64,000 nucleotides of DNA from Candidatus Scalinduaceae bacterium (GTDB lineage Bacteria; Planctomycetota; Brocadiia; Brocadiales; Scalinduaceae). The translations under genes were made by a program, and so were the position numbers. Where the stretch lies: contig JBHICG010000009.1 in assembly GCA_046759445.1 (NCBI GenBank), forward strand, positions 1 through 64,000, in the 5' to 3' direction. The notes beneath the pieces were generated by a model. The model saw only the letters and a program-made list of their open reading frames with translations, did no database searches and was not told the origin of the DNA. Below, piece by piece: positions 59,700-64,000 of the stretch. The number at the start of each line of letters is the position of its first letter. The first letter of the stretch is position 1.

Positions 59700-61174
59700 A
59701 ATTTAAGGTTATGTTTGTTTCTCCTGAAGTAACGCCATTTGCAAAGACTGGAGGGCTTGCTGACGTATCAGGTTCGCTCCCCACGTTTCTCAAGAAACTG
59801 GGTTGTGATGTGAGAGTTGCCTTGCCTTTCTACAGAATGGTAAAGGAGCAAAATATACCATTTGATACCATTTTTAAGGATCTCGAGGTACCCGCTAAAG
59901 GCGTTACACTTAAAGCAGGTATAAATCAGTCTAGCCTAAATGATGATATACCAGTTTACTTCATAAAATATGATAAGTTTTTTGACAGGGAAAATCTCTA
60001 CTCCACTTCCAGAGGAGATTACGCCGATAACGCCGAACGCTTTATTTTTTTTAGCAGATCTATCTTTGAACTCTGTCGAAAAGTAAACTTTCAACCTGAT
60101 ATTATCCACTGTCATGAGTGGCAAACAGGCTTAATCCCCACTTACTTAAGAACATTATATAATAATGACAAACTATTCTCAAAGACAGCAGCATTGTATA
60201 GCATACACAATATTGCTTACCAGGGAATATTTGAAAAGGAAGTATTTGAAAAGACATGCCTTCCAAACAGGTTATTAATTAATAAAGTCATAGAATTTTA
60301 TGGAAAAATAAGCTTTATGAAGGTCGGGATCATATATTCGGATATTATTAACACAGTAAGCCAAAAGTACAGCAGGGAGATACAAACTGAAGAATATGGC
60401 TGCGGTTTGCAAGATATAATTAAAGATAGAGCAGGTGTACTTTTTGGTGTAATAAATGGTGTTGACTACAGTGAATGGAATCCTGAAACTGACAAATTCA
60501 TTGTTGCTAACTACAATGCAAATGACTTCTCTGGAAAAGTGAAATGTAAGGAAGACCTCCTTCTTCAATTCAATCTACCTATTTCGCTTAAAGAGCGTCC
60601 TCTATTAGGTATCGTATCGCGAATGGCAAAACAAAAGGGCTTTGATTTATTATCGAAAGTGATTGATGAATTGATGACATTTGATATCGTATTTGTCCTC
60701 CTTGGTATAGGTGACGAAAGGTACCATAATCTTTTTCAAGAATATGCTCATAGATATCCTGAAAGGATAGGCGTACGTATTGCGTATGACAACAAGCTTG
60801 CCCACAAAATCGAGGCAGGAGCTGACATATTCTTAATGCCGTCTCGTTATGAGCCATGTGGATTGAATCAGATTTACAGTTTAAAATACGGCACCATTCC
60901 TTTAGTTCGCGCTACTGGAGGACTCGATGATACTATAAAGGATTACTATTCAAAGGATGGCACAGGAACTGGATTTAAGTTTGATGAATATAAGGCTAGT
61001 GTATTCATCGACAAGGTCAAAGAAGCACTATGTGTATTTGCAAATAAAGAGAAGTGGCTTCAACTGATGACAAACGCAATGTCTCAAGACTTTTCATGGG
61101 AAAGATCTGCAAGGGCATACATCGAACTCTATAAAAAAGCCATATCAACGAGAAAAGGTTTAAAGAAAACATAG
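59690..61174 (+). CDS. glgA: Glycogen synthase
   Basis: KTGGLADV, HCHEWQ, MPSRYEPCGLNQ and TGGL motifs. Confidence 0.95.
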   Translation: MGVKFKVMFVSPEVTPFAKTGGLADVSGSLPTFLKKLGCDVRVALPFYRMVKEQNIPFDTIFKDLEVPAKGVTLKAGINQSSLNDDIPVYFIKYDKFFDRENLYSTSRGDYADNAERFIFFSRSIFELCRKVNFQPDIIHCHEWQTGLIPTYLRTLYNNDKLFSKTAALYSIHNIAYQGIFEKEVFEKTCLPNRLLINKVIEFYGKISFMKVGIIYSDIINTVSQKYSREIQTEEYGCGLQDIIKDRAGVLFGVINGVDYSEWNPETDKFIVANYNANDFSGKVKCKEDLLLQFNLPISLKERPLLGIVSRMAKQKGFDLLSKVIDELMTFDIVFVLLGIGDERYHNLFQEYAHRYPERIGVRIAYDNKLAHKIEAGADIFLMPSRYEPCGLNQIYSLKYGTIPLVRATGGLDDTIKDYYSKDGTGTGFKFDEYKASVFIDKVKEALCVFANKEKWLQLMTNAMSQDFSWERSARAYIELYKKAISTRKGLKKT

Positions 61175-61228
61175 CAATTTCATAACAGAATTTTTTGATA
61201 CTAATGTGCTTATCATACGTATAAGCGG

Positions 61229-62251
61229 TTATAAATTATCTCTGAATTGTCCATGCGATTTGTAATATTTTATATCTTCCTCCACCATCTCCTGAACTAA
61301 GCTCTCAAATGACACTGTTGGTTTCCAGCCCAGTTTCTCCCTGGCTTTGGTGGCATCACCCAAGAGAACGTTGACTTCGGCGGGACGATAGAGACGTTCG
61401 TCAATCTCATAATGCTTAGTGTAGTCTAGACCAGCTATCTTAAAAGCGGTCTCAAGGAAATCCCTCACAGAATGGTTTTTGCCAGTAGCAACGACATAAT
61501 CATCTGGTTCGTCTTGTTGCAACATTAACCATTGCGCATAAACATAATCTTTAGCATGTCCCCAATCCCGCTTTGCATCTAAGTTGCCAAGCTTAATCTT
61601 GCCAGTCATGCCAAACTTTATCATTGCCGCATGAGAACTTAGTTTTCTGGTTACAAATTCAAAACCCCTTCTCGGAGACTCATGGTTAAAGAGAATTCCT
61701 GATACACAAAACATTCCATAAGACTCACGATAATTACGGGTAAGTTCAAAACCTGCCACCTTGGAAATGCCATAAGGTGAGCGAGGGTGGAAAGGAGTTT
61801 CCTCTGTTTGTGGAACTTCCTTGACCTTGCCGAACATTTCGCTTGAGCCGGCAAAATAGAATTTGCACTCTGGCATCCTCTTTTTGATTGCTGAGAGTAC
61901 ATAATGTGTACCATTTATGTTAGTCGACATAGTGGAAAACTGATCATCGAATGAATAAGAGACGAAACTTTGAGCAGCAAGGTGGTAGCATTCGTCCGGC
62001 TTTACGGTATCCACTATGTCAAAAATACTGGGATAGCTTTCCAAAGTGCCAAAATGGAAATGGATACTATCTATCAGATGTTGGATGCGCGTCATACGAT
62101 GTGTTGGGTCTTCCAGCGCTACGCGCCGAACAAGCCCGTGCACTTCATACCCTTTTTCCAATAATAGCTCAGCCAGATAGCTGCCGTCTTGTCCGGTGAT
62201 TCCTGTGATTAAAGCACGTTTTTTTCTACCTATATTCACGTTTTCCTCCAA
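61229..62251 (-). CDS. gmd: GDP-mannose 4,6-dehydratase
   Basis: ITGITGQDGSYL, SSEMFG, PRSPYG, LFNHESPRRG and RDWGHA motifs. Confidence 0.96.
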   Translation of the reverse strand: MEENVNIGRKKRALITGITGQDGSYLAELLLEKGYEVHGLVRRVALEDPTHRMTRIQHLIDSIHFHFGTLESYPSIFDIVDTVKPDECYHLAAQSFVSYSFDDQFSTMSTNINGTHYVLSAIKKRMPECKFYFAGSSEMFGKVKEVPQTEETPFHPRSPYGISKVAGFELTRNYRESYGMFCVSGILFNHESPRRGFEFVTRKLSSHAAMIKFGMTGKIKLGNLDAKRDWGHAKDYVYAQWLMLQQDEPDDYVVATGKNHSVRDFLETAFKIAGLDYTKHYEIDERLYRPAEVNVLLGDATKAREKLGWKPTVSFESLVQEMVEEDIKYYKSHGQFRDNL

Positions 62252-62320
62252 TCTTCATGTATCCACTATTCGCCTCAATTAAAACTATATCATTATTAAC
62301 AAAAATAAATGCCTTATTAA

Positions 62321-63184
62321 TCAAGCTACATTTTTTTCTAAAATCTGCACAATTCTATCTATACCGTCTTCCCATGTAGGGATTGAAATACCTAATTCTT
62401 TAGAGATTTTTTTGTTTGACATACATGTAAATAAGGGCCTTTTTGCTCTAGCCTTAAAAAACTTCATAGGAACAGGAATAACCAAATTCTCTAAGCCTAA
62501 TTTAAGGACAAGATACCTTGCCAACTCATATCTTGATGCATAACCACTATTTGTTAAATGATACAATCCATTTAACCCTCTTTCCAGACTCAAAAGTGTT
62601 ACATTAACAATATCCTCTGTATATGTGGGAACAGATACTTCATCACAACTAATCTTTAGAACTCGTCTTTTTTCTGCCCAGTTTAAAAATTTATATAAAA
62701 AATTCTGCTTTCCTTTCCCCATAACCCAGCTCAATCTAAATAGTAGAAATTCAGACAAGTGGTCTCTAACAATTTGTTCACCTTCAAGTTTACTTTTTCC
62801 ATAAATGTTGAGAGGATTTGGCTCATCATCTTCAGTATATAACGCTTGTTTTTTCCCATCAAAAACATAATCTGTACTGTAATGCACAAGAAAAATATTA
62901 TTTTCTTTACAAAGCTCTGCTAAATTTCTCACAGCATTACTATTTACCATATAAGCCAACTCAGACTTCGCTTCAGCCTCATCTACTAAATTATAGGCGG
63001 CACAATTAATAATAACTGCTGGTCTCACTCTATTTATCAGCTCTCTCATTTGCATGAAATTGGTAAAATCATATTCCTCTCGCTTAGGTGCAACATAATA
63101 TAATCCTCTTCCAGAGAGTTTATTTTGAAACTCACTTCCTAACTGTCCAGTAGCTCCTATGACCAAAAATGTCTTATCTTTCAC
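62321..63184 (-). CDS. rfbD: dTDP-4-dehydrorhamnose reductase
   Basis: GATGQLG, NCAAY, STDYVFDG and YGKSK motifs; GTG 63184 is the likely start. Confidence 0.94.
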   Translation of the reverse strand: MKDKTFLVIGATGQLGSEFQNKLSGRGLYYVAPKREEYDFTNFMQMRELINRVRPAVIINCAAYNLVDEAEAKSELAYMVNSNAVRNLAELCKENNIFLVHYSTDYVFDGKKQALYTEDDEPNPLNIYGKSKLEGEQIVRDHLSEFLLFRLSWVMGKGKQNFLYKFLNWAEKRRVLKISCDEVSVPTYTEDIVNVTLLSLERGLNGLYHLTNSGYASRYELARYLVLKLGLENLVIPVPMKFFKARAKRPLFTCMSNKKISKELGISIPTWEDGIDRIVQILEKNVA

Positions 63185-63737
63185 AATAAATAAAGTTATT
63201 TTCCGCTTTCTCAAATAAGGGTAATTGTGAATCTTTCTCTGACAATATAGGATTTTTTACAGGCCAGTCTATCTGTAATTTCGAATCATCCCAAAAAATA
63301 CCTTTGTCGTATTCTGGTGCATATTCGTTTGTGCAATAATATATTACTTCAGCAGTATCAGATAACACACTAAAGCCATGGGCAAATCCTTCAGGGATAT
63401 AGAGCATCATCTTATTCTCAGAAGATAATTTTTTACTCATCCACCTCCCATACCAGGGAGACCCTTTACGCATATCTACAATAACATCAAATACTTCTCC
63501 CGTAACAACCCTAACAAATTTACCCTGAGCCATAGGGTTTAACTGATAATGTAAGCCTCTCAAAATGTTTTTCTTAGACCATGAATGGTTAACCTGAACA
63601 AATTGTTTATTAATTCCAATTTGCTTGAATTCAGAAGATTTGTAGATTTCTGCAAAAGCCCCCCTTTCATCACCATATGTCTTTGGTTCTATTAAAATAA
63701 TATCCGGAATAGACAATTTTTCAAATTTAAACGGCAT
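63174..63737 (-). CDS. rfbC: dTDP-4-dehydrorhamnose 3,5-epimerase
   Basis: DERG, LRGLHYQ, QGKFVRV and GFAHGF motifs. Confidence 0.96.
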   Translation of the reverse strand: MPFKFEKLSIPDIILIEPKTYGDERGAFAEIYKSSEFKQIGINKQFVQVNHSWSKKNILRGLHYQLNPMAQGKFVRVVTGEVFDVIVDMRKGSPWYGRWMSKKLSSENKMMLYIPEGFAHGFSVLSDTAEVIYYCTNEYAPEYDKGIFWDDSKLQIDWPVKNPILSEKDSQLPLFEKAENNFIYCER

Positions 63738-63740
63738 ATT

Positions 63741-64000
63741 CTATACTCCCTCCACTATTTTAAGCAAATAATCTCCATAGCTGGTATTAATTCTATTTGC
63801 AAGCCTTCTTAACTGTTTTTGTGAAATATACTCCATTCTATATGCAATTTCTTCAATACAACCAATCTTTAATCCTTGCCTTTCCTCAACGGTCCTTATA
63901 AACATTGAAGCATCTATCAATGAATCATAGGTTCCTGTATCAAGCCAGGCGTATCCACGCCCTAACAAATTAACCTTTAACTTATTTTTCTCTAAATATA
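63741..64000 (-). CDS. rfbA: Glucose-1-phosphate thymidylyltransferase, C-terminal part (runs off window)
   Basis: LGRGYAWLDTGT, RQGLKIGCIEEIA and YGDYL motifs. Confidence 0.93.
   Translation of the reverse strand, partial: YLEKNKLKVNLLGRGYAWLDTGTYDSLIDASMFIRTVEERQGLKIGCIEEIAYRMEYISQKQLRRLANRINTSYGDYLLKIVEGV

Overview
AT-rich bacterial chromosomal window. The gene content (hpnG/hpnH/shc, SpoIVB-like protease pair, DUF3365 c-type cytochrome, many Cache/HAMP/PAS sensors) suggests an anammox planctomycete such as Ca. Scalindua; this taxonomy is inferred, not verified. 1-25 kb holds mostly housekeeping genes (rpiB, tsaC, mtnA, purE, hopanoid genes, an OGG-type glycosylase, gcvPB, two tRNA-Ser, uppP, ubiX, sppA, cysS) plus a small accessory patch 3' of the tRNAs (atypical ychF, a pseudogene, LigD phosphoesterase, acyl-CoA dehydrogenase). 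25.2-58.2 kb is a ~33-kb, almost entirely minus-strand signalling island. It encodes a sigma54 enhancer-binding protein with an adjacent UAS/IHF-like/-24/-12 promoter, three single-domain receivers, three kinases with closely related cores, three membrane sensors lacking any output domain, and a heme-c protein. It also encodes two paralogous TonB-dependent receptors, two orphan periplasmic binding proteins, a CHASE2 pseudo-adenylate cyclase, a FecR-TPR-beta-barrel protein and a small Cys/Trp-rich protein. This island is the best candidate for an undescribed trans-envelope sensing system. Intergenic DNA carries several nested REP/MITE-like repeat families. 58-64 kb encodes a Ggs-like glycosyltransferase with glgA, then gmd and rfbDCA. 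All annotation is by eye from motifs; no searches were run.
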